A stretch of DNA of 64,000 nt from a bacterium (GCA_043811375.1 JBDRNJ010000006.1:32001-96000); one strand, 5' to 3'. Counted from the first letter of the stretch, positions 19,375-29,526 are shown. Notes: generated from the letters alone by a model not told the origin. A program made the numbers and translations.

Positions 19375-20907
19375 ATGTTTAACCGCCCGCTTGTTGCCAC
19401 GCTGATAATTTGCTTATTGACAGTATTTTGCTCGGTATCGATTGTGGCCGGTCCGGCGGTGCGCCTGTCGGTTAGCCACGCAGGATTGGTGGGCCAACCT
19501 GCCGGCCTGACGATTACGGCCGATAGCCTCGGCTTCGCCCCCGGCGGCTTTGACCTGCTGCTGGCCTATAACCAGACCGCGGCCGCATTGTACCAGGTGA
19601 TCCCCGGCCAGTTCATCAAGGACTGTCAGTGGGACTATTTCACTTATCGGATTATGACCGACACAGCCGGGGTGTACGACCTGGGCGATTTCACCCATCT
19701 ACTGAGTATATCAGCCAGAGCGGGAGACGCGCCGGTTTGCCCCCCGACTGATTCCGTCTGGGAACTGGCCAATTTGGATTTCATCGTCAGCATGCCTCAT
19801 CCCGGCAACAATATTGAATGCCAATGGCTGCCGATCCGTTTCTTCTGGCGCGACTGCGATGACAATGTGCTTTTTTCCACCGGCAACGATACTGTCTACA
19901 CTGGTGCCCACCTGTTTGAATACTATTATCCTGATCCGATAGAATTAACTCTTCCTTTTCCCGGTTTTGGGGTGCCTCAGCCACCCTGTCCCGACCCACC
20001 GGGACAGATCGCCCTCGATACCCTCAGCTTCTACAACGGGGGTATTGATGTCATGTGTCCGACGTCCCTACGGGGCGATGTCAACCTGAATGGTATCCAT
20101 TATGAGATGGCTGATGCCGTTCTCTTTATGAGCTACTTCATCTGGGGTATTCCGGTGTTCATTATTAACCCTGAGTGGCAGTTGGAGCAGTGTGACATTA
20201 ATTTCGACGGCATTGTCGGTGTCAATGACCTGGTATTGATGATTCGCATCATTAGCGGTCATATTCCTCCCATTCTGGGCAGCTATAAAGTGAGCCCGCC
20301 GGCGGCACATGGCGTGTCGAGCTTCGATGGTCGGACCTGGCAACTGGGTGATCTCGACCGAGAGGTTGCTGCCGTCTATTCTCGCTGGGTCGGCACCGGG
20401 GCGGAAGTGTTGATATCGTCTGACGTTTCATTTACGGGACCTGAGTTTGAAATGGGCCGAATCGGCGATACCACCACGATGCTGCTGCTCAACACCGATG
20501 GCTCACCAGTGTTGACGGCCGGATCGCACCAATTGATTCAATTCGATAGACCGGGTTTGACGCTTCAGGAGTTGCAGGTAGTCGATGTCTATGGGCGTTC
20601 GTTCCGAATCGTTCATACCGGTTCGGTATTACCGGATAATTTTGAACTGCACCAGAATTACCCCAACCCCTTCAACCCGTCGACCAACATAGCCTTCTAC
20701 CTGGCCGACCGTTCGGACTGGCAACTGTCGGTTTTTAACATCAGGGGTCAGATAGTCCGGCAGTTCAGCGGTCAGGATCAGGGCCAGGTAACGATTGAGT
20801 GGGATGGAACCGATGCTGCCGGGCACCAGGTTGCCTCCGGTGTATATTTCTACCGGCTCGATGGCGGTTATGGCTCGGCTGTCAGGAAAATGATCCTGTT
20901 GCGCTGA
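19375..20907 (+). CDS. secreted cohesin-like + dockerin + FlgD-Ig/T9SS-type C-terminal domain protein
   Basis: GGFDLLLAYN; dockerin pair RGDVNLNG..DAVLF / CDINFDG...NDLVLM; QNYPNPFNPST...WDGTD...ASGVYFYRL...KMILLR; GGAGGA RBS before ATG 19375. Confidence 0.8.
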   Translation: MFNRPLVATLIICLLTVFCSVSIVAGPAVRLSVSHAGLVGQPAGLTITADSLGFAPGGFDLLLAYNQTAAALYQVIPGQFIKDCQWDYFTYRIMTDTAGVYDLGDFTHLLSISARAGDAPVCPPTDSVWELANLDFIVSMPHPGNNIECQWLPIRFFWRDCDDNVLFSTGNDTVYTGAHLFEYYYPDPIELTLPFPGFGVPQPPCPDPPGQIALDTLSFYNGGIDVMCPTSLRGDVNLNGIHYEMADAVLFMSYFIWGIPVFIINPEWQLEQCDINFDGIVGVNDLVLMIRIISGHIPPILGSYKVSPPAAHGVSSFDGRTWQLGDLDREVAAVYSRWVGTGAEVLISSDVSFTGPEFEMGRIGDTTTMLLLNTDGSPVLTAGSHQLIQFDRPGLTLQELQVVDVYGRSFRIVHTGSVLPDNFELHQNYPNPFNPSTNIAFYLADRSDWQLSVFNIRGQIVRQFSGQDQGQVTIEWDGTDAAGHQVASGVYFYRLDGGYGSAVRKMILLR

Positions 20908-20932
20908 TCAGTGAGATTACATCGCATTTATG

Positions 20933-21310
20933 CTTCGACTCCGCTCAGCATGACAGCCTTCGGCTGATTTATGGGTTCCCCGGTCCACCTCAGTCTCACA
21001 TTCATTGCTTAAAACTTATGTGGCGATGCCACTTACCCTTCGACTCCGCTCAGGGTGACGACATTCGCTGCCTTGTGAAACATTCTTTTGGGACAACCTC
21101 TGGACATCTGCCGGTCACAAGTGGTTTTATTCTTGTAGGGCAGGTCTCCTTGAAACCTGCCAAGAAGTCGGAACCACCCTTCGACAAGCTCAGGACAGGC
21201 AGGGGTTCCGACCCAGACTGGCAATGCCACCGGTCGGGTCACTCCTCGCCCGGAGGCGAGCCAAGACCCAACCGAACAAACGGATTGCGACACAGCCTGG
21301 GAGTCGAAGG
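20933..21310. repeat. composite REP-like cluster between convergent genes
   Basis: CTTCGACTCCGCTCAG(CA/GG)TGAC at 20933 and 21038; GTAG-type REP 21135-21213; 21217-21277 matches 30967-31027 at 52/61. Confidence 0.8.
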
Positions 21311-21367
21311 GCGGCTGTATCTCCGAGCACGTCTTCTATTGTCGCCGCGACACCATGAAATCAGGTA

Positions 21368-22561
21368 TTACTCCAGGGCTTCCCGCACTATTTGAGCATA
21401 TCGTGCCGCCGGCGGTCCGCTGGTGTAGGTTTCACGAGCATAGCGGCAACCGGCTTCAGCCAGTCGACGGCGCAGGCCGTCATCATCCAACAACCTCAGA
21501 ATAGCCCGGCTCAGACTGGTGCTGTCATCGACCGGAACCAGTAATCCCCGTTGCTCATTTGCTACAATGTCAGGTATCCCACCGGAATCAGTGCCGATAA
21601 CGGCAGCGCCGCACAACATGGCCTCTGAGAGTGCCAGGCCGAAACCTTCCTGGTACGAGTTGAGTACCACCACGGCAGCCCGGTTGTAGACGGTGCGTAG
21701 CTGCGGCTGTGTCACCGGGGGTGACAGCTTTACCCGCCCGGAGAGATTGAGCCGTTCTATCAACCTTTCGATTTCCGGTTGACGGGGGCCGGAGCCGTAT
21801 ATCTCCAGTTTTACTTCCGGTCTTTTTTTCGCTACTGCAGCCAGGGCTTTGATAAGGTATTCAACCCGTTTCTGACTCGTGAAGCGGGTGACGGAGACGA
21901 TCAGATCATGTTCTCGCGGGATATTTTCATCCCGGTAGAAAATGTCTTCATCATGAGGCAGAGGCAGGACTTCCACGGTTTCCTTAATGTGTTGGTCGAG
22001 CCGGACAATCTGTTTTTTAAGGAAGCTCGACACTACCGTCCATCTGTGTATCCGGCGGCAGAAACCTCTGAAGTATGGATAGACGGCCCAGCCGTATCGG
22101 TTCAGAAGTCGGATATCGGTGCCGTGCGAGGAGAGGATCATCGGTAGTTCCCTGGTGTGAGCCAGCCGCTTCATAACGATACCGGCCGGAATCAGCCAGT
22201 GACCGGCCACAACCTGCACTTTCTCACGGTCTATGATGTCGTGGGCGGCGGTGCTGAAATCATTCAGGAAGTGGCGAAATTTGAAAAGCCCGCCCGGAGA
22301 GCCGAACACCCGCTGCTGCATGTTGCCCCGGTAAGCCAGGTTTTCATCTTCCGCTTTTTCGGCGTAGCGAAAGCGGTAAATAGTGACACCATCGACCATC
22401 TCATATTCAATAGCGCCCCTGTCATGAGGCGCCAGGATAATCGGGTGCACACCCAGTTCCGTTAATCGCCGACTCAGCAATGAGATAAATACGCCCGCAT
22501 GATCGCCCTGGAAGCGCGGGTAGTTGTGAGTGAGGACCAGCAGCCGGATGCTTCCCTTCAT
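21368..22561 (-). CDS. GT4 glycosyltransferase
   Basis: THNYPR, HGTDI, QKRVEYLI, EGFGLALSEAM.CG..VI.T..GG.PDIV. Confidence 0.92.
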   Translation of the reverse strand: MKGSIRLLVLTHNYPRFQGDHAGVFISLLSRRLTELGVHPIILAPHDRGAIEYEMVDGVTIYRFRYAEKAEDENLAYRGNMQQRVFGSPGGLFKFRHFLNDFSTAAHDIIDREKVQVVAGHWLIPAGIVMKRLAHTRELPMILSSHGTDIRLLNRYGWAVYPYFRGFCRRIHRWTVVSSFLKKQIVRLDQHIKETVEVLPLPHDEDIFYRDENIPREHDLIVSVTRFTSQKRVEYLIKALAAVAKKRPEVKLEIYGSGPRQPEIERLIERLNLSGRVKLSPPVTQPQLRTVYNRAAVVVLNSYQEGFGLALSEAMLCGAAVIGTDSGGIPDIVANEQRGLLVPVDDSTSLSRAILRLLDDDGLRRRLAEAGCRYARETYTSGPPAARYAQIVREALE

Positions 22562-22646
22562 GCTGTTTATAGTACACAAACGGCAACAGGGATAAAACAT
22601 AATTTTATTGCTACCCTGACCCCGATTAGTATTTTCAGATAAGACC

Positions 22647-23582
22647 ATGACAACAGACAATCACAGAGAACTGGATTTCATTACTGAGATTCCGTTTGAT
22701 GAAATCCTGACCAATCCGATTCTTGATATCGCTGCTCGCTTCTGGGATGAGGAGAGATACCGCGCTTTTCGTGTTTGTTACCGCTCCATGCGCATCATCG
22801 ATGACCTGATCGATGACCGCAGGACCGCCGGAGGGGTAATATCGGAACGGGAAAGACAGCATTACCGGCAGATGCTGAGTGATTTCATCGAAGCTGTTCG
22901 CGGTCAACGACCGGCCGATGCCTTCCAGCAGGAACTGGTCGCTGTTATGCGGAAGTTCGATATCCCTGTCTGGCCCTGGGAGCGGCTGGCCAGGGCTATG
23001 ATCTATGACCTCTCCCACTATGGATTCCCCACCTTTCGGCGTTTTTTGAAATACTGTGAAGGAGCCGCCGTTGCCCCGGCCTCGGTCTTTATGCATCTGT
23101 GCGGTGTTACCCACCGGGAGGGCCGGTACATACGGCCAACGTTCGATAGTCGCCGGGCCGCCCGACCGCTGGCTCTGTTCTCCTACCTGGTGCACATTAT
23201 CAGGGATTTTGAACCCGATCAGAAGGCCAGTCTGAACTACTTTGCCGATGATCTGTTGAGCAGCTTTGATTTGAAACCATCAGACCTTACTGAGATGGTT
23301 GAAACCGGACAGATTAAACCCGCATTGCGGGAATTGATCGGTCGCTATGGCCAATACGCCATATATTACAGAACCGAAGCGCGGTCAACTCTCGACCGCC
23401 TTAAGCAGCATCTTGAAAGCCGGTATCGTCTGAGCCTGGAGATAGTCTATGGTCTGTATCTGCAGATATTTGAACGCATTAATCCGGAGCGAGGCAGTTT
23501 TTCGGCATCGGATCTCAACCCCCGACCGGAAGAAATCCGGCAACGTATCGACACTATAACGACATCCTTTCAGCGAAATTGA
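22647..23582 (+). CDS. squalene/phytoene synthase family protein
   Basis: YRSMRIIDDLIDD, YCEGAA, HIIRDFEPD aspartate-rich motifs. Confidence 0.85.
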   Translation: MTTDNHRELDFITEIPFDEILTNPILDIAARFWDEERYRAFRVCYRSMRIIDDLIDDRRTAGGVISERERQHYRQMLSDFIEAVRGQRPADAFQQELVAVMRKFDIPVWPWERLARAMIYDLSHYGFPTFRRFLKYCEGAAVAPASVFMHLCGVTHREGRYIRPTFDSRRAARPLALFSYLVHIIRDFEPDQKASLNYFADDLLSSFDLKPSDLTEMVETGQIKPALRELIGRYGQYAIYYRTEARSTLDRLKQHLESRYRLSLEIVYGLYLQIFERINPERGSFSASDLNPRPEEIRQRIDTITTSFQRN

Positions 23583-23715
23583 GAGGATTTTTTGAGGAAG
23601 ATATGTTATTCATGTCGGTATTACTTCTGACAGAAGAGCTGGCCGCTGTTGCGGTACCCGGACTTGCCGGGAGCCGGATCGGGCCGGGTAATGTATAAGA
23701 GATGGAGGAAAAACT

Positions 23716-25065
23716 ATGAAAATGCTCACAATCACCGGTCTGTTGTTGGTGCTGGCCATGATGGTTCACGCCGATGAGGTTGCCGTCACGGTGTACAACA
23801 GCAACCTGGGAGTGATCAGCGAAACACGATCGCTGCCGTTCGAGAAGGGTGTCCATCGGTTGGCTTTTCGCGATGTTCCCTCCCGGATCGACGCCAGTTC
23901 CGTCAGGTTTGACATTACAGGCTCCGATCGCGGGGCGACGATTCTCGAGCAGAATTATGTTTATGATCTGGTCAGCCCGGAGCAGATGTATATCAAGTAT
24001 ATCGATCACGAGATTGAGCTGATCGACACTGATGGCAAGCTCTACTCCGGGACACTGCTGGCTTATGGCGGTGGCGCTGTGACCCTGAAGGAAGAATCCG
24101 GCCGGGTCAAGATTGTGAGGCTGGAACATGTCGCCGAAGTTAATTTCCCCAGTCTTCCGGAGGGGCTTGTTACCAGGCCGACACTATTCTGGCTGTACGC
24201 CTCCGATGTCAAGGGTCAGTTTGATTGTCGGGTCGGTTATCAGACTTCCGGGTTGATCTGGTCCGCCGAGTACGTCGGCGTGCTCAGTAGTGACGAGAAA
24301 CAGCTTGACCTGTCGGGCTGGTCATCGATCAACAACACTTCCGGCAAGACTTACACTGACGCTACGTTGAAGCTGGTAGCGGGAGATATCCATCGCGCCA
24401 AGGGGGAGTCGGAGCCCCGGATGATGAAAACACTGGCGATGGCCGACGTTGCCGGCGCACCCGGTTTCGAGGAAAAGGCTTTCTTTGAATACCACCTGTA
24501 CACCTTGCCGCGTCGGGCGACCCTGGCTGATCGGGAAATCAAACAAATTTCGCTGTTTGAGCCGGCCGGCACGACGGTGGAGAAGGTCTTTGTGTATCGA
24601 CCCGAACGCAATCCGAAAAACGTCGAAGTGGCCCTGAAGTTTCAAAACTCCGCCGAAGCCGGGCTGGGCCTGCCGTTGCCGGCCGGGAGGGTACGACTGT
24701 TTAAGGCTGATGACGACGGTTCTCTCATCCTGTTGGGTGAAGACCGGATCGACCATACGCCGCGGGATGAAGAGTTGAATCTGAAAGTAGGCTATGCCTT
24801 TGACATCGCCGCCGAAGAGAGGATGATGGATCAGAGTCGCATCTCCAAGCAGGTCGAGGAAAGGACTTATGAAATCGAACTGCGCAATCGGAAACAAGAG
24901 GACGTGACGATCAAGATCGAGAAGAAATTGTATGGAGATTGGGATGTGGTCGAAACCAACTTTGAATATACGAAGAAAGATGCCGGCACCCTGGTGTTTA
25001 ATATCCCGGTCGGAGCCGGGGAGACGGTCACGGTTCGCTTTCGGGCGCGCTTCAATCTGCAGTGA
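23716..25065 (+). CDS. DUF4139 domain secreted protein
   Basis: VTVYNSNLGVI.E.R, EQNY.YDL, LPLPAGRVR, GEDRIDHTP. Confidence 0.85.
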   Translation: MKMLTITGLLLVLAMMVHADEVAVTVYNSNLGVISETRSLPFEKGVHRLAFRDVPSRIDASSVRFDITGSDRGATILEQNYVYDLVSPEQMYIKYIDHEIELIDTDGKLYSGTLLAYGGGAVTLKEESGRVKIVRLEHVAEVNFPSLPEGLVTRPTLFWLYASDVKGQFDCRVGYQTSGLIWSAEYVGVLSSDEKQLDLSGWSSINNTSGKTYTDATLKLVAGDIHRAKGESEPRMMKTLAMADVAGAPGFEEKAFFEYHLYTLPRRATLADREIKQISLFEPAGTTVEKVFVYRPERNPKNVEVALKFQNSAEAGLGLPLPAGRVRLFKADDDGSLILLGEDRIDHTPRDEELNLKVGYAFDIAAEERMMDQSRISKQVEERTYEIELRNRKQEDVTIKIEKKLYGDWDVVETNFEYTKKDAGTLVFNIPVGAGETVTVRFRARFNLQ

Positions 25066-25076
25066 TTTCAATGCGG

Positions 25077-25105
25077 TTGACAAGCTTATTAACATCAGTT
25101 AGATT
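25077..25105 (+). promoter_or_regulatory. sigma70-type promoter
   Basis: TTGACA-N17-TAGATT. Confidence 0.65.
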
Positions 25106-25150
25106 CAGCCGTTTAATTGGAGATAATACCTGTTAGTCTGCGAGGAATCT

Positions 25151-26536
25151 ATGTTAAGAGCATTCACAAAAGCGCTGGTGATTGGTTTGGGATTGATGCT
25201 GGTCACAGGTGGAGTTGCGGCCCAGAAGAAGGGCAGGAAACTGAGCGTCGGTGCTTACCTGAAAACGGCCAAGATTGAGATTCTGTCGGGGGAACCCGAG
25301 CGATACGAGTACGCCGTGGCCATGCTCGATTCCCTGTTCATGCATTACGGTCCCCATGCTGAAGGCCTGTACCTTATGGGCCAGATCATGGTCGATGGGA
25401 TCGAGCAGTCGCAAAGCCTGGAGGACAAGGGCACGTACCTGGGTAGTATGGTGGCCTATTTTGATTCCCTGAGGATGTGTTGTGAGAATGAGGAAATCAA
25501 GAAGAGCCGGAAGAAGGGTTGCCAGGAATATGTAACGATATCCGATTCCCTTCAGGTCAAATACTGGCGTGAGTTCTTTAACTCCGGCCTAACCCAATTG
25601 AGTTTTGCCGAAGAACAGAATGCGGAACTTGAACTAACAACCGATTCATCCTCCCGGTCGTTTTTGAAGCAGGGTATCGAGGTCAACCTTGACTCCTGCA
25701 TTCAGAATATGAAGCTTTCAATCATATCAATCGCCGACAGCTCCCGGCCCTACCTCATCATTGACAAGGCCTATGGATTGAAGGGGGATTACCAGTCGGG
25801 TATAGAATGGCTCAGGAAAGGTTTTGACAAATCAAATGACCCCACCGGGGTGCGGCTGTCCATTGCGTATGACTACATCAAGATGAGTGACTGGGCAGGA
25901 GCCATCCCATATTACGAGGAACATATCAGGGAAAACCCGGATGACATGGGTACTCTTAAGAATCTGGGTATCTGTTACAATAATGCCGGTATGTATGATT
26001 CGGCAGCGATAATCAATCTCCGGGTCCTGGAGCTGGAGCCTGAAAATGCTGCCATAGCGGTGACTATCGGCCGGTACTTCAATTCCAAAGCCAGCGCTGC
26101 ATCTGATTCCATGGCGATGTATCAGCAGGAGAACAACAGTGAAATGGCCAACGCCTGGTCGGAGAAAAAGAAGCAGGCATTTGACTCCTCGCGCGTCTTT
26201 TTCCGGCGAGCTTATGAAATCGACCCGGAGAATGTCTCGACTGCCGAGCAGTACGGGCTGGTCTGTGCCCTTCTGGGTGACTACGAGGAAGCAATCATCG
26301 GTTTTGCCAAAGCGGCTGAACTGGAACCTGAGCGGGTCGGTACCTGGACGTCACTGGGCGATTGTCACCTGTCGCTGAAGCAGTTTGATGAAGCTCTGGT
26401 CGCTTATCAGAAAGTTGTGGCACTGGAACCTGACAACCGTAGTGTGTGGGAGCACCTGAGAGACCTTTACATCGAATCCGGCCAGAAGGCCAAGAGAGCC
26501 GAAGCGGAAAAGAAACTTCAGGAACTCGACAGATAA
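25151..26536 (+). CDS. secreted TPR protein
   Basis: signal peptide; repeated TPR units ending LEP(E/D)N. Confidence 0.85.
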   Translation: MLRAFTKALVIGLGLMLVTGGVAAQKKGRKLSVGAYLKTAKIEILSGEPERYEYAVAMLDSLFMHYGPHAEGLYLMGQIMVDGIEQSQSLEDKGTYLGSMVAYFDSLRMCCENEEIKKSRKKGCQEYVTISDSLQVKYWREFFNSGLTQLSFAEEQNAELELTTDSSSRSFLKQGIEVNLDSCIQNMKLSIISIADSSRPYLIIDKAYGLKGDYQSGIEWLRKGFDKSNDPTGVRLSIAYDYIKMSDWAGAIPYYEEHIRENPDDMGTLKNLGICYNNAGMYDSAAIINLRVLELEPENAAIAVTIGRYFNSKASAASDSMAMYQQENNSEMANAWSEKKKQAFDSSRVFFRRAYEIDPENVSTAEQYGLVCALLGDYEEAIIGFAKAAELEPERVGTWTSLGDCHLSLKQFDEALVAYQKVVALEPDNRSVWEHLRDLYIESGQKAKRAEAEKKLQELDR

Positions 26537-26639
26537 ATCTATTTGGACTGTCCGCCAGTCGCTGGTCGGACATATAGACAGCAAACATTGACGGCAGGCA
26601 CGAGGCCTGCCGTTTTTGATCGGCGAGGATGTCCCGGTA

Positions 26640-29039
26640 ATGGCTCGCACCAGCGAATACGTCACGGTGGCCGTATCCGGCCCCCTGCGCAGAACTTTCA
26701 CCTATCGCCTGCCGTCGATATCGACTACTCTACAGCCGGGACAAAGGGTTCTGGTGCCTTTTGGTTCGGCCAGGAAAGTTGGTTTCTACCTCGGCCCGGG
26801 TGAACCGATCGGGTCTCTGAAGATCAAGGAGATCATCAGATTTATCGATGAGTACTCACTGTTTCCCAAAGAACTGTTTCGCCTGTGCTGCTGGATGGCT
26901 GACTACTATTTCGCCAATCCGGCCGACTGCCTTCAGACAGTATTGCCGCCGGGTATGAAGTCCGGCCACCAGGCAGTCTACTATTACAGCGAGACGGCCG
27001 ACCGAAGTGTTTCATTACCCGCCTGGCTGGAACCGTTAGTGAAGCCGGGACGACCGGTGGCGATATCAACGTTGCGCAGGATAAAATCCCAGGGTGGTCG
27101 TCTGCTGACACGATTACGACAGCAGGAAGTTATTACCGAAGTCTGGCCGGAAGTGAGTTCCCGGTCCCAAAGGAAGGCCGCCGGCTACCGGGTCGCGGCG
27201 GTCGAGAAATGGCATCTGTATTTTCAGAAGAAGGGCTTCACCCCGGAGCCATTTGATGGCACCAGGACCCGAAAAGAATTAACAGCCACCGGTTTCAGCG
27301 ATTACCGCATCCGCCAATCGGTGGCGGATGGTCTCCTGCAACCGGTTTACCATGATGATCTCAAAACAATACTGAGTTTTATCGAACCAAGGCAGGATGT
27401 CGCTTCTCTCGTACTTAATGATGAACAACAGTCTGTGCTGGATACTCTCAAGGCCGATCTCAATAGTGGTTTCACTACCGGTCTGCTTCACGGAATCACC
27501 GGTTCCGGCAAGACCCTGGTCTACTGCCACCTGGCCAGGGAAGTGCTGCGGCAGTCGAAGACCGTTTTGGTTCTTACACCGGAGATTGCCCTGGCCGGGA
27601 CCACTTTGGCATATTTCAGGGGTTTCTTTGGCGGGCAGGTGACAGTAGTGCATTCGGCGATGACCCCGCGAGAGAGGATGGCCGGATGGCGGGGTGTCAG
27701 GGAAGGGAAATTCCGTGTTGTGGTGGGTCCGCGCTCGGCTTTATTGACGCCGTTGCCGGACCTGGGATTGATTGTGGTCGACGAAGAACATGACAGCTCC
27801 TACAAACAGAATGATCCGGCACCGCGCTTCCATGGCCGCGACACAGCCATCATGCGGGCCAGATTTAACGACATCCCTGTTTTGCTGGGTTCGGCCTCAC
27901 CGTCTCTCGAATCATACTATAACACCCGCACCGGTCGGTATCGTCTGCTGCGTCTCACCAGGCGTCCCGGCACTACCAGCCTGCCGACCGTAAAAGTAGT
28001 AGACATGCGCAAAGAGCGAATCAGGGGTGACCTGCCGTTTCTGTCTTACCCGCTTAAAAAAGCAGTCGAAAGACGGCTGCAAAACGATGAGCAGGTTATT
28101 CTTTATCTCAACCGGCGCGGCCACTCCCCACAACTCAAGTGTGCATCATGCGGCCATGTACCCCAGTGTCCTCAGTGCCGGGTGAACCTGACCTGGCACA
28201 AAGCCGGTGGTAAGCTCTCGTGTCACTACTGTGGCCACCTGGCGGCCGGATTCAGCAGTTGTCCCCGGTGTGGGGGCGGCGATATTCTCTATCTTGGAGC
28301 CGGGACCCAGAAGGTGGAAGAGGCCGTTGGCCGCCTGTTTACCGATGCTCGAGCGGTCCGGTTCGATTCTGATTCTGTAGCTGGAAGGACCAAAGCCCAC
28401 CAGGTCCTGACCCGGTTTGCCGCCGGAGAGCACAATCTGTTGCTGGGGACACAGATGGTTACCAAAGGGCTGGACCTGCCGGGAGTAACTCTGGTGGGCG
28501 TACTGGCGGCTGATCTCAGCCTGGACCTGCCTGATTTCCGTGCTTCCGAGCGAACCTTTATGCAACTTCTCCAGGTAGCCGGTCGTTGTGGCCGCGCCGA
28601 CAAACCGGGTGAAGTGTTAATCCAGACTTTCTATCCTGACAGCCCGGTTATAAACGAAGCTGCCGCTCAGGACTATCAGACATTCTTCGACCGGGAGATA
28701 AAATCCCGCCGGGAACTTCACTATCCGCCGACAGCACGCCTGGTTAATTTTGTCCTTTCCTCGACGAACGAAAAGCAACTGGAGTCCGCAATCACCTCTT
28801 TTCGTGACCGGCTTAACCGGACGGTCGACGAGTCCGGCGTCAAGGTCACCATACTGGGTCCGGCGCCCTGCCCCATGTATTTTCTACGCGGCCGCTACCG
28901 CCGGCAACTGATTGTCAAGACCCGACAGGTAATAAAACTCCTGAAAACCCTGACCGACTGGGAGAACCGCCGGCCACGATTCAAACTGCCCTCCTCGGTG
29001 CGTATCGCCGTCGACGTAGATGCTCAGGATATGATGTAG
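26640..29039 (+). CDS. priA: primosomal protein N'
   Basis: HGITGSGKT, DEEHD..YKQ, SASPSLES, four CxxC pairs, GTQMVTKGLD, QVAGRCGR. Confidence 0.97.
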   Translation: MARTSEYVTVAVSGPLRRTFTYRLPSISTTLQPGQRVLVPFGSARKVGFYLGPGEPIGSLKIKEIIRFIDEYSLFPKELFRLCCWMADYYFANPADCLQTVLPPGMKSGHQAVYYYSETADRSVSLPAWLEPLVKPGRPVAISTLRRIKSQGGRLLTRLRQQEVITEVWPEVSSRSQRKAAGYRVAAVEKWHLYFQKKGFTPEPFDGTRTRKELTATGFSDYRIRQSVADGLLQPVYHDDLKTILSFIEPRQDVASLVLNDEQQSVLDTLKADLNSGFTTGLLHGITGSGKTLVYCHLAREVLRQSKTVLVLTPEIALAGTTLAYFRGFFGGQVTVVHSAMTPRERMAGWRGVREGKFRVVVGPRSALLTPLPDLGLIVVDEEHDSSYKQNDPAPRFHGRDTAIMRARFNDIPVLLGSASPSLESYYNTRTGRYRLLRLTRRPGTTSLPTVKVVDMRKERIRGDLPFLSYPLKKAVERRLQNDEQVILYLNRRGHSPQLKCASCGHVPQCPQCRVNLTWHKAGGKLSCHYCGHLAAGFSSCPRCGGGDILYLGAGTQKVEEAVGRLFTDARAVRFDSDSVAGRTKAHQVLTRFAAGEHNLLLGTQMVTKGLDLPGVTLVGVLAADLSLDLPDFRASERTFMQLLQVAGRCGRADKPGEVLIQTFYPDSPVINEAAAQDYQTFFDREIKSRRELHYPPTARLVNFVLSSTNEKQLESAITSFRDRLNRTVDESGVKVTILGPAPCPMYFLRGRYRRQLIVKTRQVIKLLKTLTDWENRRPRFKLPSSVRIAVDVDAQDMM

Positions 29040-29293
29040 GCAGCATCCGTATCAGCGCCAGTAAGTATCATCTACCGCCATTACCTGAAATTGATAAAAT
29101 CATCAGCCTGGTTCCGGCTGCAACCAAACCTGAACTTGATAATGTACTGGAAGGTGCTAAGTTCACTCAAGCCGTTTACGGCGGTTGGTTGAGGGTTATA
29201 TTATGCTGTCATAGAGAGAGTTACGTCAGGTCATTTTCAGGCAAGTCTATTATTAAGAGATGTGAAAAAAATACGAATTGTCTAAGATAAAAG

Positions 29294-29322
29294 TTGACAT
29301 AGGTTTTGTGGACATATTAAAT
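29294..29322 (+). promoter_or_regulatory. sigma70-type promoter of the leader/AsnRS-like unit
   Basis: TTGACA at 29294 followed by AT-rich -10 region (TATTAAAT 29315-29322), AT-rich upstream. Confidence 0.6.
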
Positions 29323-29337
29323 ACAATTTTCAAAGAC

Positions 29338-29424
29338 ATGTTAATCATAATTTTAGGCATAGTACTACTATTGCTTTCAGACGCCAAACTGCTGGCCATA
29401 GAGGGAGCGGCGGTTGTCGTCTAA
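29338..29424 (+). CDS. putative attenuator leader peptide MLIIILGIVLLLLSDAKLLAIEGAAVVV (28 aa)
   Basis: ATG 29338 to TAA 29424; 17/28 Ile/Leu/Val, many TTA/ATA/CTA/GTA codons; lies between promoter and terminator. Confidence 0.7.
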   Translation: MLIIILGIVLLLLSDAKLLAIEGAAVVV

Positions 29425-29470
29425 ATTCACGAGGACTGGGGATAAAACCCCGCACGGTTTTGGCATTTGT

Positions 29471-29504
29471 GGCCACCCGGTATTGATCGGGTGGCCTTTT
29501 TTTT
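29471..29504 (+). terminator. intrinsic terminator (attenuator) upstream of AsnRS-like gene
   Basis: GGCCACCCGG-TATTGA-TCGGGTGGCC followed by T8, about 20 nt before the start codon. Confidence 0.85.
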
Positions 29505-29526
29505 ACCCCAACATGAGGAGAGCGAG

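Noticed and set aside
20933..21310. CRISPR array
   Set aside because: Repeats are heterogeneous and irregularly spaced; no cas genes
20799..21395. 198-aa and 86-aa ORFs
   Set aside because: They are translations of REP repeats (FDSAQ twice, PFDKLRTG)
29425..29500. T-box or guanidine-II riboswitch upstream of the synthetase-like gene
   Set aside because: No T-box consensus or stem I; the ACGA/ACGG loops lack stable stems
29467..29526. ORF-track N-terminal extension of the AsnRS-like protein
   Set aside because: It runs through the terminator; GAGGAG RBS supports ATG 29527
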